A DNA stretch of 36,132 bases, from the IMG/VR virus record IMGVR_UViG_3300018059_000029, positions 1 to 36,132 of that record; one strand, written 5' to 3'. Shown in pieces: positions 19,792 to 29,592 of this stretch. Position 1 is the stretch's first letter. Each line of letters begins with the position of its first letter. The position numbers and the translations under genes were made by a program. A model generated the notes under the pieces. The model saw only the letters and a list, made by a program, of their open reading frames with translations, made no database searches and was not told where the DNA came from. This DNA comes from a virus (taxonomy: Duplodnaviria > Caudoviricetes).

Positions 19792-22070
19792 ACGCACGTC
19801 GTTGCTTACTGCTTACGCCACTCCTTGCGCTGCTCGCTGGCTCTTATGCTTTCGGTGATGGGTTCTTTGGTGCAGGGGGTGGTGCAGGTTCCACAGGAGC
19901 GACCGGACCAGCAGGTCCAACAGGTACGGCCACGACTGGACCAACTGGACCAAGTGGCCCTTCTGGACCGACTGGGGCAGACACGACAGGACCAACTGGT
20001 CCGACTGGTGACACTGGCGTAGACGGCGGAAATGCAGGTCGGATCTACTATCCCGAGAACAGCGTCACGTCGGACGTGAGCGTCTACAAGGTCGCCTCGG
20101 CGCTTCCGTCCGCCAACTCCGAGAGCGACATTGCAATCACCGTTCCCACATTGAATGCCTACGTCTACGCGCAAGGCTTCATCACGGCGGCAGGTGAGCC
20201 GAACGTCTCCGCATTGCCAGCAGGAACGGCGTATCGGTACGTCTACGCGCACGTTTCAAGTGGCCCTCCCACAGGTCAGGTCAAAACCGACCTTTTCCGC
20301 TACCAGACAACTGGCGACGTGGCGACCGAGGGAGCAACTTCATTGACGTACAATGAGAGTGGCGCTGGTGTTGCCGACACGATCACTTGTGGAGCGTGTG
20401 ACTTCACTGTGGATGGCTTCACGAACGGTTCCCGAGTTACCGTGACCGGAACCGTGAGCAACAATGGCTCTTACACAGTTCAGACCGTCGCGGCGACAAC
20501 ACTCACGCTCATTTTGAGCGACGATCTTGCGGCGGAGACGGTTTCTTCTACTGTCACGACGAAAGAGCAGCTCCTTCGGACAGGCGCAAGTGCTGGCTTT
20601 ACCGACACGGGCTTCGCGCTCCAGACGTTCACTTTCTCAGATGCGAGTACACATCCTTTCGCGGTTGACGACCGTATCGTTTTCAAGTGGTGGGTACGCC
20701 GGATTCTCAATGGCAACTCTTCGAGCGTCGTCACGCTTTCGACCGAAGGCGTCACTCAGCAAAGCTACATTCAAACGACCATCTCAGCTGGTGCTGTGGG
20801 GCCTTCTGGTCCGTCTGGACCTTCTGGACCTTCTGGCCCGCCAGGAGGTCAGGGTCAACCTGGCGCGGATGGCTCATTCTTGATTGCAGGATGCGGTGTG
20901 GCCTGGTCGGGAACTGGCTATGTGTACAATGTTTCTGCTTGCACATACTCGATTCAAGGAGTGCAGTACACAAGTGCGGCTGTTGATGTGACCCTCGATG
21001 CCGCCGACGTGTCCGATGACCGGATCGACGACATTATCGTAGACACCGCGCCGCAGGCGACGAAGATCACTGGCATACCAGGTGGGCCGCCTACTGCGCC
21101 GTCGCTTGATCCGAGCACTCAACTCTTGCTCACGCACTCCTATGTGACAGCGAACACGGCGACTCCAGTGGGAGCAGCCAACGAAGACATCTATCTAGAA
21201 GATGCAGAGTGGACTTGCACTCCAGGAACGGGATGGGCTTGCGCTGACACTGGTAATCCACGAACGGGTACGAAGGACATCAAGGGAACAGCACTTGCAG
21301 CGAATAACTTTACCAAGTTGGTCCGTTCGAGCTCCATCGACCCAGCTGCTTATCAGCAACTCAACGTGTGGATCGCACCTGTTACATGGAACAGTGGACG
21401 CTCACTCGTACTCACGCTTAGATTGGCCGGGATCCAAAAAGGTAGTGCTGTAACGATTCAGAATGGATCCTATGGCTTCGTTCGAACGAGCACCTCGTAC
21501 CAACTAGTGGCAGTTCCGATCGTTCAATTCGCCATTCCTGTTGGTACGCTGATTGACGAACTGCGCATCAACCCTCAAGGATCGGGTGGAACATTCACGG
21601 CGTACGTAGATGACATTGTGCTTCAAAGTACGACTAATTCGCAGCCGATTCAGGGAATTACGTTAGCCGAGGCTGATGCACGTTATCAACAACTTCCAGA
21701 AGTTACGCCACTGCCTACGGCTACGCCGATGATTAACTTTACCTATAGCGGCACACTCAGCGTTACGGGCGTGTCCCCGATGAGCGCGAGCGCGACGCCA
21801 ATTCCGGGCAAGCGGATCTACGATTGCACGAGCGGCTCGAGCAGCGACTACACCGGCTACACGTTGCCCGCTGCTACTGGCTCCGGTGAGATCATCGACG
21901 TTTTCAAAGTGGATAGCGGGACCAAGCATTGCGTCACCGGTCGCGCTCCGACTCCGGGCACCGACGCGATCAACAGCGGAACGACCCGCACCCTTAGTAG
22001 CCAATTCCACCACGATACGTGCCGCGATCAAGCGAGCGGTCAGTGGATTTGCGTAGGGGACGGGACATGA
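19788..22070 (+). CDS. Signal-peptide-bearing collagen-like fibre/adhesin protein
   Basis: GGGAGG RBS, ATGA overlap; signal ending SYA; Gly-X-Y repeats; CBM-like domain ending YVDDIVL; C-terminal TLPAA.G...KVD fibre module; paired Cys. Confidence 0.75.
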   Translation: MNARRCLLLTPLLALLAGSYAFGDGFFGAGGGAGSTGATGPAGPTGTATTGPTGPSGPSGPTGADTTGPTGPTGDTGVDGGNAGRIYYPENSVTSDVSVYKVASALPSANSESDIAITVPTLNAYVYAQGFITAAGEPNVSALPAGTAYRYVYAHVSSGPPTGQVKTDLFRYQTTGDVATEGATSLTYNESGAGVADTITCGACDFTVDGFTNGSRVTVTGTVSNNGSYTVQTVAATTLTLILSDDLAAETVSSTVTTKEQLLRTGASAGFTDTGFALQTFTFSDASTHPFAVDDRIVFKWWVRRILNGNSSSVVTLSTEGVTQQSYIQTTISAGAVGPSGPSGPSGPSGPPGGQGQPGADGSFLIAGCGVAWSGTGYVYNVSACTYSIQGVQYTSAAVDVTLDAADVSDDRIDDIIVDTAPQATKITGIPGGPPTAPSLDPSTQLLLTHSYVTANTATPVGAANEDIYLEDAEWTCTPGTGWACADTGNPRTGTKDIKGTALAANNFTKLVRSSSIDPAAYQQLNVWIAPVTWNSGRSLVLTLRLAGIQKGSAVTIQNGSYGFVRTSTSYQLVAVPIVQFAIPVGTLIDELRINPQGSGGTFTAYVDDIVLQSTTNSQPIQGITLAEADARYQQLPEVTPLPTATPMINFTYSGTLSVTGVSPMSASATPIPGKRIYDCTSGSSSDYTGYTLPAATGSGEIIDVFKVDSGTKHCVTGRAPTPGTDAINSGTTRTLSSQFHHDTCRDQASGQWICVGDGT
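19887..20027 (+). repeat. Collagen-like Gly-X-Y repeat block 1
   Basis: GSTGATGPAGPTG...GPTGPSGPSGPTG...GDTGVDG. Confidence 0.9.
20790..20873 (+). repeat. Collagen-like Gly-X-Y repeat block 2
   Basis: GAVGPSGPSGPSGPSGPPGGQGQPGADG. Confidence 0.9.
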
Positions 22071-23014
22071 TGATTCGACTGCTTCTCGCGCTCGCGTTGC
22101 TGTTGCCATCGCTGGCGCGGGCCGATTATGAATCGGTCGTCGCTGCTGATGCTCCGTGCCAATGGTACAAGATGCAAGAAACAACTGGCACGACGCTCGC
22201 CTCGACAGCTGGCGGCGGTTGCGCCGCAAAAGACGTCACCACCACGGGATCACCATCACTTGACCAAGCCAGTACTGGGGTGCTGAATAAAAAATCCGTG
22301 AACTTCAACGGGAGTACGCAGTATGCTCGCTACGTCGAGGGGTTGGGAGGCTGCCCAATGGGCCTCGATAAAAACGATTGGACGTGGGAGGTGTGGGCCT
22401 TGGTTCACGGCAATGGAGGGGATGGTACTGCCGCTGGAATCGTATTGAACAGCACCGCTACGGGCGGCACGAAGCACGCATTCCGTCTATATGCGCTTGC
22501 GAAGGTTGGTGATCCAGCCGGGCAAATGTGCGTACAAAACACCGGCGGTGGGGCGTATATGAGTTGCACTAAAAGCACCCTGTCGCCCGGTGTGGTCGAC
22601 ACATGGTATTACCTGGCCGCTACTTGGAATTTGTCGACCACCACCTTGAAATTCTATCTCAATGGCGTGTTGGGAGATACAAACACTGCTACCTCGGGTG
22701 CTGCCGGATGTGGGGAAGACATTGACATTGCTCGCTTAAACAACGGCGGCAGTTCGTCAACACAACTGAACGGCAATTTGCAATATGCAGCCATTTACAA
22801 ATCTACACTCTCCGGGGCGCAAGCGCTCGCACACTACAACGCGGGCACTGTTCTCCCGGCCACTGGTCAATTCCCCTTCACCGTGAAGCGCGACATGGAG
22901 CGCGGCCTGTATCCTGTCTCCTTTGGCCTGGCGCTTCCCCACTGGATGAAACTACAGACCCTCGGAAACTGGACGCTACCGAAGTTCGAGGGGCAGTACG
23001 CGGTGAGCCAATGA
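22067..23014 (+). CDS. Signal-peptide-bearing LamG/concanavalin A-like lectin-domain protein
   Basis: MMIRLLLALALLLPSLARA signal; Y...V.AD.P..WY.M.ET.GT, WTWEVW, TWYYLAATW, KFYLNG, AIY...LS...AHY LamG pattern; 6 Cys. Confidence 0.85.
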   Translation: MMIRLLLALALLLPSLARADYESVVAADAPCQWYKMQETTGTTLASTAGGGCAAKDVTTTGSPSLDQASTGVLNKKSVNFNGSTQYARYVEGLGGCPMGLDKNDWTWEVWALVHGNGGDGTAAGIVLNSTATGGTKHAFRLYALAKVGDPAGQMCVQNTGGGAYMSCTKSTLSPGVVDTWYYLAATWNLSTTTLKFYLNGVLGDTNTATSGAAGCGEDIDIARLNNGGSSSTQLNGNLQYAAIYKSTLSGAQALAHYNAGTVLPATGQFPFTVKRDMERGLYPVSFGLALPHWMKLQTLGNWTLPKFEGQYAVSQ

Positions 23015-23405
23015 GCCCGCGAGGATGAAGGTCTACCCTGTGGCGAAGCCGTGATGCTGAAGACGCGTCATCTCCGCTCCCGCAAGCTAATCTCCGCAAC
23101 GCATCCGACTTGGCCCGTCAGCTTGCCAGCCAAGACCTTGATTCGCGCCATGGAACCGCAAGCGGCCTTGTAGTCGACGAGCTCGACCTCGGTGTTGTGG
23201 GTCAACTCGCCAAGCTGACCAGCCTCGCACGCTTCATGTCGGGCTGGCCGTTCACAGTCGACCGGGACGGTGAAGATCTCACAGCGATGCGATGACGCTC
23301 AGCCAGCGCATAGCCAGAGCTATATTGATTGGCAGCATGCTCAGCTTTGCGTGTTGTACGTTTTCGATGTGCTATTGGGGCCCTTTTTAGCAAGAAGGAG
23401 TTGTG

Positions 23406-23714
23406 ATGGATACCGTCCTGAAAATTCTCGCGGTTGTTCTGCCCTACCTGTTCCAGTTCCTCGTGGCATTCCTGAAGAACATGCAGACAGCGAAAGCTGA
23501 CGATCCAGCGTTCTTGGAGAGTGTTTACCTAGTCGTCAAAGGCATCCAAGAGGCGCACCCGACAGCTACTGGCGACGAAAAGTGGACTATGGCCGTCGAC
23601 GCTACGAAGGTTCTCGCAGCGGCGAAGGCAAAGGTGGTGAGTGGCTCACTCATCAACGCCTTGATCGAGGTAGCCTTGCAGCGGGTGAAGGCTGAGCAGG
23701 TGGTGGCGATGTGA
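23406..23714 (+). CDS. Holin-like membrane protein (LL-H type)
   Basis: AAGGAG RBS; N-terminal TM; G.EK...A and INALIE.A motifs. Confidence 0.55.
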   Translation: MDTVLKILAVVLPYLFQFLVAFLKNMQTAKADDPAFLESVYLVVKGIQEAHPTATGDEKWTMAVDATKVLAAAKAKVVSGSLINALIEVALQRVKAEQVVAM

Positions 23715-24136
23715 GCGAAGAGCGGAAGAAATTAGAGGAATTGTTCAAGCTGTCCTGGCTGGACGAGTGGAAGCTGAAACTTGCTTGGGGTGTCCTTACA
23801 AGAAAGGTGGTTCCCGTGATGGAAAAGATCCTCGGCGGCAACTGGCGAACGACGCTAGGTGGGATACTCGTCGCGGTCATGATCTACATTCAGACGAGCG
23901 GAGCTGAGTTCCCGAAGAATTGGAACGATGTGAGAAGCTTGATCCTCGGCGCGCTCCTGATCTGGTGGGGACGGGTGCAAAAGGACGGCGCGACCGGCTC
24001 GCAACCAGGCGACCCGCCGACCGCTTCCCGCATCGCTGCGGCCCGCAAGGCGGGCGATTTCGTTTCCGAGCACGATGTGAAAGTGGCTGCTGATGCGGTG
24101 AAATTGCTTGAGCTAGCGCGGCCGAAGTCAGGCTAA
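23711..24136 (+). CDS. Two-TM holin-like protein
   Basis: NWRTTLGGILVA... and LILGALLIWWG..KD segments. Confidence 0.55.
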   Translation: MSEERKKLEELFKLSWLDEWKLKLAWGVLTRKVVPVMEKILGGNWRTTLGGILVAVMIYIQTSGAEFPKNWNDVRSLILGALLIWWGRVQKDGATGSQPGDPPTASRIAAARKAGDFVSEHDVKVAADAVKLLELARPKSG

Positions 24137-24143
24137 CCAACTC

Positions 24144-24515
24144 GTGGCAACTAGGCAAAAACAGCAAAGCCACGTTGGCAACAGTGTCTCGGTCAAGGCT
24201 GCGCAAGGAATGAGCGCGGGCGCGATAATCCTTCTGCTTGCCAACTTGCTTAGTACTTACTACTTCAACGACCGGACCGAAGTCTCAAAGAAGCTCGACG
24301 GTTTACAGGTCGAGATGCAGCTTTCGCAAAAAGAAGCCAACATCCAGCGAGAAAAAGACCTTGCTGGTCTTCGACAAGAATCGAAAGCAGACAGTGACAG
24401 CTTGCACCAAGCGCAGTCAACTCTGTTAGCTGCGGTGGCCGAGATCAGGGCGCGGCTTGAAACGCTGCCTGCGGTGATCTATGAACAGACCCACCGAGAT
24501 GGGATAAAGAGATGA
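24144..24515 (+). CDS. Single-TM coiled-coil membrane protein
   Basis: AGAIILLLANLLSTYYF then coiled coil; lysis region. Confidence 0.5.
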   Translation: MATRQKQQSHVGNSVSVKAAQGMSAGAIILLLANLLSTYYFNDRTEVSKKLDGLQVEMQLSQKEANIQREKDLAGLRQESKADSDSLHQAQSTLLAAVAEIRARLETLPAVIYEQTHRDGIKR

Positions 24516-24850
24516 AAGACGACGCAGCCCGCGCGCACGCGTGGCTCATCGCCTGCTCAGTTGTTATCATTGCTATCTTGGCCTTAATGAGTTGGGACAT
24601 GAAGCATCTTATGAGTGCTGACGCTGAAATCATGGAGCGGCAGTCAGAGATGGTGAAGATTTTGGAGCAAGGCGCAGCGAACCGGGACAAAACACTCACG
24701 AAGCTGCTGGACAATATTAGCCAGAATCAGCGCCTCATCGTGGACGTGATGCAAAAGCAGCAAGAGGCGCAAGAGCTTGCTGCTGCGCGCTATGCGACAG
24801 TCGCGGACGCTTGCTTGTACGAGCGAGGTCAGGAAAAGAAACGAAGGTAA
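24512..24850 (+). CDS. Single-TM coiled-coil protein (i-spanin-like)
   Basis: WLIACSVVIIAILALM then coiled coil; ATGA overlap. Confidence 0.5.
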   Translation: MKDDAARAHAWLIACSVVIIAILALMSWDMKHLMSADAEIMERQSEMVKILEQGAANRDKTLTKLLDNISQNQRLIVDVMQKQQEAQELAAARYATVADACLYERGQEKKRR

Positions 24851-24851
24851 A

Positions 24852-25274
24852 GTGCCGCTTTCAGATCCTTACGCGCCAATGAATGCCAAACTGCAAGCAG
24901 TAAAGCGCATGGTTGCTCAGATTCATGTAGCTGGGCTTACAAGAAGGAGTGACACTGCCATGATTTCTGTTTCTGACAGAGAAAATGCGGAGTGCATGAC
25001 GCATGATGTGATGGACATCGTGAGTCGTCTTGTGCGCTCGTTCGGACCGCATGTGTTTGTTGTGCTACTGCTGCTTTGCTGTGCTTGCCCAGGCATGTGG
25101 CGGGAACCAGAAATCGGTTCATGCGAAGACCAGATGATCGGCTGGACCAGCGAAGGTGACTTTTGCTACGACGGGACCGTCGGTCCCTCAAAGCCAGTCA
25201 CTGGCGCTTGTTGTGACGCGATAAAGGCAACGATGGGGCAGCTTCGGCACTCAAGAAAGGAGGTCGCAAAGTGA
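24852..25274 (+). CDS. Cys-rich possible lipoprotein (o-spanin-like); start uncertain
   Basis: VFVVLLLLCCAC lipobox-like segment; fills gap between coupled genes. Confidence 0.35.
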   Translation: MPLSDPYAPMNAKLQAVKRMVAQIHVAGLTRRSDTAMISVSDRENAECMTHDVMDIVSRLVRSFGPHVFVVLLLLCCACPGMWREPEIGSCEDQMIGWTSEGDFCYDGTVGPSKPVTGACCDAIKATMGQLRHSRKEVAK

Positions 25275-25723
25275 ACTGGCTGCTTACCCTCTATCGCCTG
25301 CTTCAACAAGCGTACTGGAACTGGAAGGCTCGCGGGCACTGGGCTGCGCGGGGCTACTTTTTCATCGAAGGAAAACTCTACAACGGAGAAGGAGACGGGG
25401 ACATGGCGTATGTACTAGGTGACGACAAGAAGGTTCTGTGTGCAGTCGCGTGGGTGGACAAGAAGGGCAAGGCTGCGAAGGTGGACGGCGCTCCTACGTG
25501 GGGGTCGTCCGACGATGCTATCTGCGGGATCGTAGATGTGGCCGCGGATGGCATGTCTGCAATGCTCGTTGGAGGGGAACTCGGCGGCGCGCAGATCGCA
25601 GTGACCGCGGACGCAGATCTCGGCGCTGGCATCACGCCGGTCATCGCGCTGTTGGATGTGGTCGTGGAGCCAGGCACGGCTATCGCCGGCGTTCTTACGC
25701 CTGGTGAGCAGATCGACCAGTAG
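25271..25723 (+). CDS. Ig-like beta-sandwich protein; possible internal start at 25403
   Basis: D.KG..A.VDG.PTW.SSD..I, A.I.VTADADLG.G pattern; AAGGAG RBS precedes Met45. Confidence 0.6.
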   Translation: MNWLLTLYRLLQQAYWNWKARGHWAARGYFFIEGKLYNGEGDGDMAYVLGDDKKVLCAVAWVDKKGKAAKVDGAPTWGSSDDAICGIVDVAADGMSAMLVGGELGGAQIAVTADADLGAGITPVIALLDVVVEPGTAIAGVLTPGEQIDQ

Positions 25724-25725
25724 GG

Positions 25726-26082
25726 ATGAGGGGCGGGACGAAGTTGACTCTGGGCAGCCAGCAAGAACTCTTTGCCAGCTTCGTCCCAGCCCTAATCAAT
25801 CAGGCTTACGTACTTGAGTACAAGGTGCGAGGAGGTGAGTGGTGGAGATCAGCACACGAGGCAGCATGGGACGCACAGCAGCATCTAGGCATCAAGCGCT
25901 CCCTCCACACAATCCGCCTCGCGATTGACTTGCTGCTCTTTAAGGATGGCATGTACTTGACGAAGACTGAGGACTACACACCACTTGGTCTTTGGTGGGA
26001 ACAACAACACGTGCTTGCACGCTGGGGTGGGCGTTTCAGTGACGGGAATCACTTCAGCATGACATGGGAAGGTGTGCGCTAG
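25726..26082 (+). CDS. Endolysin, peptidase M15 family
   Basis: SLH...LAID Zn motif; WGGRFSDGNHFS. Confidence 0.9.
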   Translation: MRGGTKLTLGSQQELFASFVPALINQAYVLEYKVRGGEWWRSAHEAAWDAQQHLGIKRSLHTIRLAIDLLLFKDGMYLTKTEDYTPLGLWWEQQHVLARWGGRFSDGNHFSMTWEGVR

Positions 26083-27272
26083 GAAGTTGGCTCTTTCAGC
26101 AGTTGGTAAATAACAATTCCGTTTCTTGCAGTCTCCGCAATAAATCCTGCCGCTTTCAACGTCTGTAAGGCCAACGTCAACTCGTTGATGTCGATGCGGC
26201 GCCAAGTGGCGCGAGAGAGTTCACGCAAGGTGAGCTCGCCGCCATGCCGCGCGAAGAGTTGAAGCAGTCGCCCCTGCTCTCGTGCGACCGTAGTTGTCCC
26301 AATCTGGGCAAAAGCATCCGGCATTCCGGTTTCGACAGCTTGGAGTAAGTTCTCCGCGACTTGCACGTCGATCTCGTCGACGGCGTAGGGTGAGCCACGA
26401 CCAATTGCGACGGTCATAGCCGTGCGGAGTAAGTGGTCCGCTCGCCGGCCGTAGTAGCCATCTTGTTGGGCGACAGGTGTCTCCATGTATTTGTTGTACC
26501 ACTCGATGAACATCTTTGAGGCCGCTGGCGTCATCACCGCCTCGCCAGAGTAAGTCGCAATTTCCTTGAGCGCGGCAATGATTTCTTCTTCGAGAGCGCG
26601 TTCGAAGTCTCGCTTCTCTGGCATCGGATTGCGCCGCGTTGTGGACTCTTGATAGACGAAGATAATACGCGACATAAAGCCGCCACCGAAAGCGTTCTGA
26701 GGAATCGCTTCCGCGAGCCAGTCAGGTGTCGTTGCGCCGAGGAACGCGATGCACACGTTGCGCAGCGCAATTTCGCCCTTGCCGCGCGTTTTGAAGGACC
26801 AGGCTTCGGGTGCATCTGACAAGTCAGTCAAGATCGGCAGTAGCGCCTCGGTGTAGGCCTGCTTTGAAAGAAATGAGCTCAGCTCCGGCGCGAACACGAT
26901 CACATGACTGTCACGCGGCTGGACTTTGTGGGTCCGCGGGTCCACCGTAGTTCCTAAGCTCAGCGAGTCCAAGAACGCCTCCGGACTTGCTTTGCCTGTC
27001 AAGATTTCGACAGATTCAGCTTCCTTCAAAAGATTCATTCCGATGCGCGCAGCAGTTGACTTCCTCACGATCGCCGAACCGCCAACGAGGATAACCATCG
27101 TCTGGCCGGCGTAGAGACGGTAGAAGCCGCGGTTCATGAACACCTTGCGGCCTGCTGACGCACCGATGCAGGTGATGATAGTCCATGCGTGAAACGCTTC
27201 AGGCGCCTCATGCTTCTTCGTGTAAAGAAGGTACTTTTGGATCAGATTCAAATTCTGGCCGCTCGTTGGCAT
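26079..27272 (-). CDS. DUF3987-type P-loop helicase-like replication protein
   Basis: AAGGAGG RBS; E.P..FH.W, LVGGSAIVRKST Walker A-like, ELSSFL, GATTP.W, GGF.SR.IFV; C-terminal wHTH-like. Confidence 0.8.
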   Translation of the reverse strand: MPTSGQNLNLIQKYLLYTKKHEAPEAFHAWTIITCIGASAGRKVFMNRGFYRLYAGQTMVILVGGSAIVRKSTAARIGMNLLKEAESVEILTGKASPEAFLDSLSLGTTVDPRTHKVQPRDSHVIVFAPELSSFLSKQAYTEALLPILTDLSDAPEAWSFKTRGKGEIALRNVCIAFLGATTPDWLAEAIPQNAFGGGFMSRIIFVYQESTTRRNPMPEKRDFERALEEEIIAALKEIATYSGEAVMTPAASKMFIEWYNKYMETPVAQQDGYYGRRADHLLRTAMTVAIGRGSPYAVDEIDVQVAENLLQAVETGMPDAFAQIGTTTVAREQGRLLQLFARHGGELTLRELSRATWRRIDINELTLALQTLKAAGFIAETARNGIVIYQLLKEPTS

Positions 27273-29592
27273 CGAAATGTGCCTCCTTCATCCCATCTGC
27301 CCAAAACTTGCCAACCTTGAGTTCGACAGGAATTGTAAGTGTCCGTCCGTGAATCTGAATTGGAAGAGTCAAACAGTTGACCATGAGCTGACCAACAGCT
27401 TCCCACTTGTCCTCATCACTCTCGACAAGAACTTCATCATGCACCTGTAGCACAACACGCGCATGGGGTGGCAAGCGTGCATAGAGTTTGATGATGCCCA
27501 TGTTGGTGATTTCTGCGATTGTCGCTTGGGGGTTTTGAGCCAAAGCGTCGCGCATCATCTTGTCGTCGTACAAACCAAGGAAAACCCGGCGACGACCAAG
27601 CGGTGAGGTCAACGTCTTGGTTGTGCGAACCTGTTCACCGATGCGTTGCTGCCAGGTTTGAACAGAAGGACACGCCTGGAAATAGGACTTCTGGCAGCGC
27701 CGCGCTTCTGCTTCGGAGATGTAGAAGCCATCCTTCGCAAGCACGGAGATGACACGACGTGGACCCATGCCATAATCGAATCCATGGACGATTCGTTTGG
27801 CGATCCAGCGCTCAAGATAGTTGACTTGTGTTTGAGGCTTCTTAAAAAGATTCGCCGCGTTGAATTTGTGAATGTCTTGACCAGAAGAGAAGATCTCCAT
27901 CATGAGTGCATCTTGCGCGTCGAAAGCCACAAACATCGCCTCGGCTTGTTTGAGGTCGGCGGACAAGAGCGTTTTGCCGTCGGCGGCAGAAAAGACTCCA
28001 CGGCACGGAAGTGGAATGTTTTGCATCTGCGGCCCAAGTGGGTTGTCATCTGCGTCACGTGGCGCGCGGCTCGCAAGCCGGCCGGTTCGAGTGCCATGAA
28101 CAAGTAGGGAGAAATGATACATGTCCGCATTGTCAGTCTCGATGTCAACGAAGTTGGAGAGCAGCGTGCGTTTCTCTCGAATGTCAAGCGCTTCGTCGCC
28201 TACGGTCACGTCGCGTCCACGATTAGCCGCGGCTTGGCGGCAATACTCCCTGATGCTTTCTTCGTCCAGCTTTGGTCCGCCGGTTGGAGTCGTTTTGGTG
28301 ATTTTGATGCCGTTCTCAGTCAAAAGGCGAACCATGTCGTTCTTACCCTTGACGTTGACAGGGAAGCCCGCCTTGACGTCAAGCTCCGCTTGGCGAAACG
28401 TGACCTCTGCCTCAAGCCATTCCTTGAATCGCGCGAGACGCTCTTTGTCCACATGAATGCCGGCTCGCTTCATCTCCATGAGAGGCCAGGTCAGAGGCAT
28501 GATGTAGTTGTGAAAGTAGTCAAACATCTTGGCCTCACGCAGCTCATCATCAAGCGCGTGGCCAGACTCAAGAGTGACGCAGACGTCTTTGCAGTTGTAC
28601 GTCCAAAGCTGGCGAATGTCCATGCGGTGGGACCAGGTCTTGCCTTCCTCCTTGTAGTAGGGTTCTAGGGTGTAGAGAGAACTGATGAAGTCCAACCCAT
28701 GTGGCAACTCAGGGTAGAGGAGGTGGTGTGACAGCATTGTGTCGTGGTAGAAGTTTGTCACCTTGACAAAGTGCTCGTTCAAGATGTCGATGTCGAACAT
28801 TCCGTTTTGGAAGAACTTTTTGCATGGTGCAAAAAGCACCCGACTTATTGCGCGCCAGATCTGGAGCTCTTGTTCTTTTGTCCAGTACGGGGCGCGACCG
28901 TTGGTCATGATGGGGATGCAATAGGCAGAGGTGGGCGTGGGAGCAAAACCTATGCAGGCAACGAATGTGTTGCCAAGGCCCCAGCCAAAGGTCTCAATAT
29001 CGACAGCAAGCTCGTCCGCGAACTCGAGGTGATGGAGCCACTCGATCGCGTCAGCGTAGGTGGGTTCTATGTAGAAGGTCCGTTGGGGCAGGCGCAGCTC
29101 AGGAAACTTGCTTTGCTCGAGCACGCGCTGAAGGTCGGAGAAGATAACCGCCTTGAGTTTGAAGTCGTGGTTGTGGAGATAGTACGCAGGGTGGTACGTG
29201 GGAATGACTTTTGCACCAAAGAATGTCTCTAGCACCGAGCCGCGCCAGTGGGTGATGCCTTGGTGCTTCCAGGCAGTTAGGGTCTCCAACGCAATGCCAC
29301 CGAGGGCGACAATGACGTTGAGGTTCGGCATCCGCTCAAACTCACGAACGAGGTCAACCGCGCATTGAATCTGGCGTGCATGGTCTGGCTTGGTCAGGGT
29401 AGTCTTTTCGACGTTAGTGAGGTAGATCTCTGAGCGTGCGATGCCGAGGGGAAGAAGCAAACTGTCAATTTCGCGGCCAGTGTCGCCAACGAACGGGCGG
29501 CGTTTGAGAAGTTCCTCTCGACCAGGCCCTTCGCCAACGAAGGCGATCGTGGCCTCAAGCGAGCCTTCAGGTGGGACGAAAACGGTGCTCAC
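27208..29592 (-). CDS. polA: Family A DNA polymerase with N-terminal uracil-DNA glycosylase-like domain and 3'-5' exonuclease
   Basis: UDG: GEGPG, PFVG..G, YLTN, TYHPA; Exo: DIET, QN..FD, YN..D; Pol: TGRL, DLKQAE, R..AK.IVHG..YG, VHDE. Confidence 0.95.
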   Translation of the reverse strand: MSTVFVPPEGSLEATIAFVGEGPGREELLKRRPFVGDTGREIDSLLLPLGIARSEIYLTNVEKTTLTKPDHARQIQCAVDLVREFERMPNLNVIVALGGIALETLTAWKHQGITHWRGSVLETFFGAKVIPTYHPAYYLHNHDFKLKAVIFSDLQRVLEQSKFPELRLPQRTFYIEPTYADAIEWLHHLEFADELAVDIETFGWGLGNTFVACIGFAPTPTSAYCIPIMTNGRAPYWTKEQELQIWRAISRVLFAPCKKFFQNGMFDIDILNEHFVKVTNFYHDTMLSHHLLYPELPHGLDFISSLYTLEPYYKEEGKTWSHRMDIRQLWTYNCKDVCVTLESGHALDDELREAKMFDYFHNYIMPLTWPLMEMKRAGIHVDKERLARFKEWLEAEVTFRQAELDVKAGFPVNVKGKNDMVRLLTENGIKITKTTPTGGPKLDEESIREYCRQAAANRGRDVTVGDEALDIREKRTLLSNFVDIETDNADMYHFSLLVHGTRTGRLASRAPRDADDNPLGPQMQNIPLPCRGVFSAADGKTLLSADLKQAEAMFVAFDAQDALMMEIFSSGQDIHKFNAANLFKKPQTQVNYLERWIAKRIVHGFDYGMGPRRVISVLAKDGFYISEAEARRCQKSYFQACPSVQTWQQRIGEQVRTTKTLTSPLGRRRVFLGLYDDKMMRDALAQNPQATIAEITNMGIIKLYARLPPHARVVLQVHDEVLVESDEDKWEAVGQLMVNCLTLPIQIHGRTLTIPVELKVGKFWADGMKEAHFDANERPEFESDPKVPSLHEEA
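28816..28836. promoter_or_regulatory. Palindrome CTTTTTGCA-tgg-TGCAAAAAG (copy inside polA)
   Basis: Perfect 9-bp arms; bases 28817-28835 are the exact reverse complement of 34993-35011. Confidence 0.65.

Noticed and set aside
18208-23014. Diversity-generating retroelement or invertible fibre cassette
   Set aside because: No reverse transcriptase, recombinase, template/variable repeat pair or flanking inverted repeats seen.
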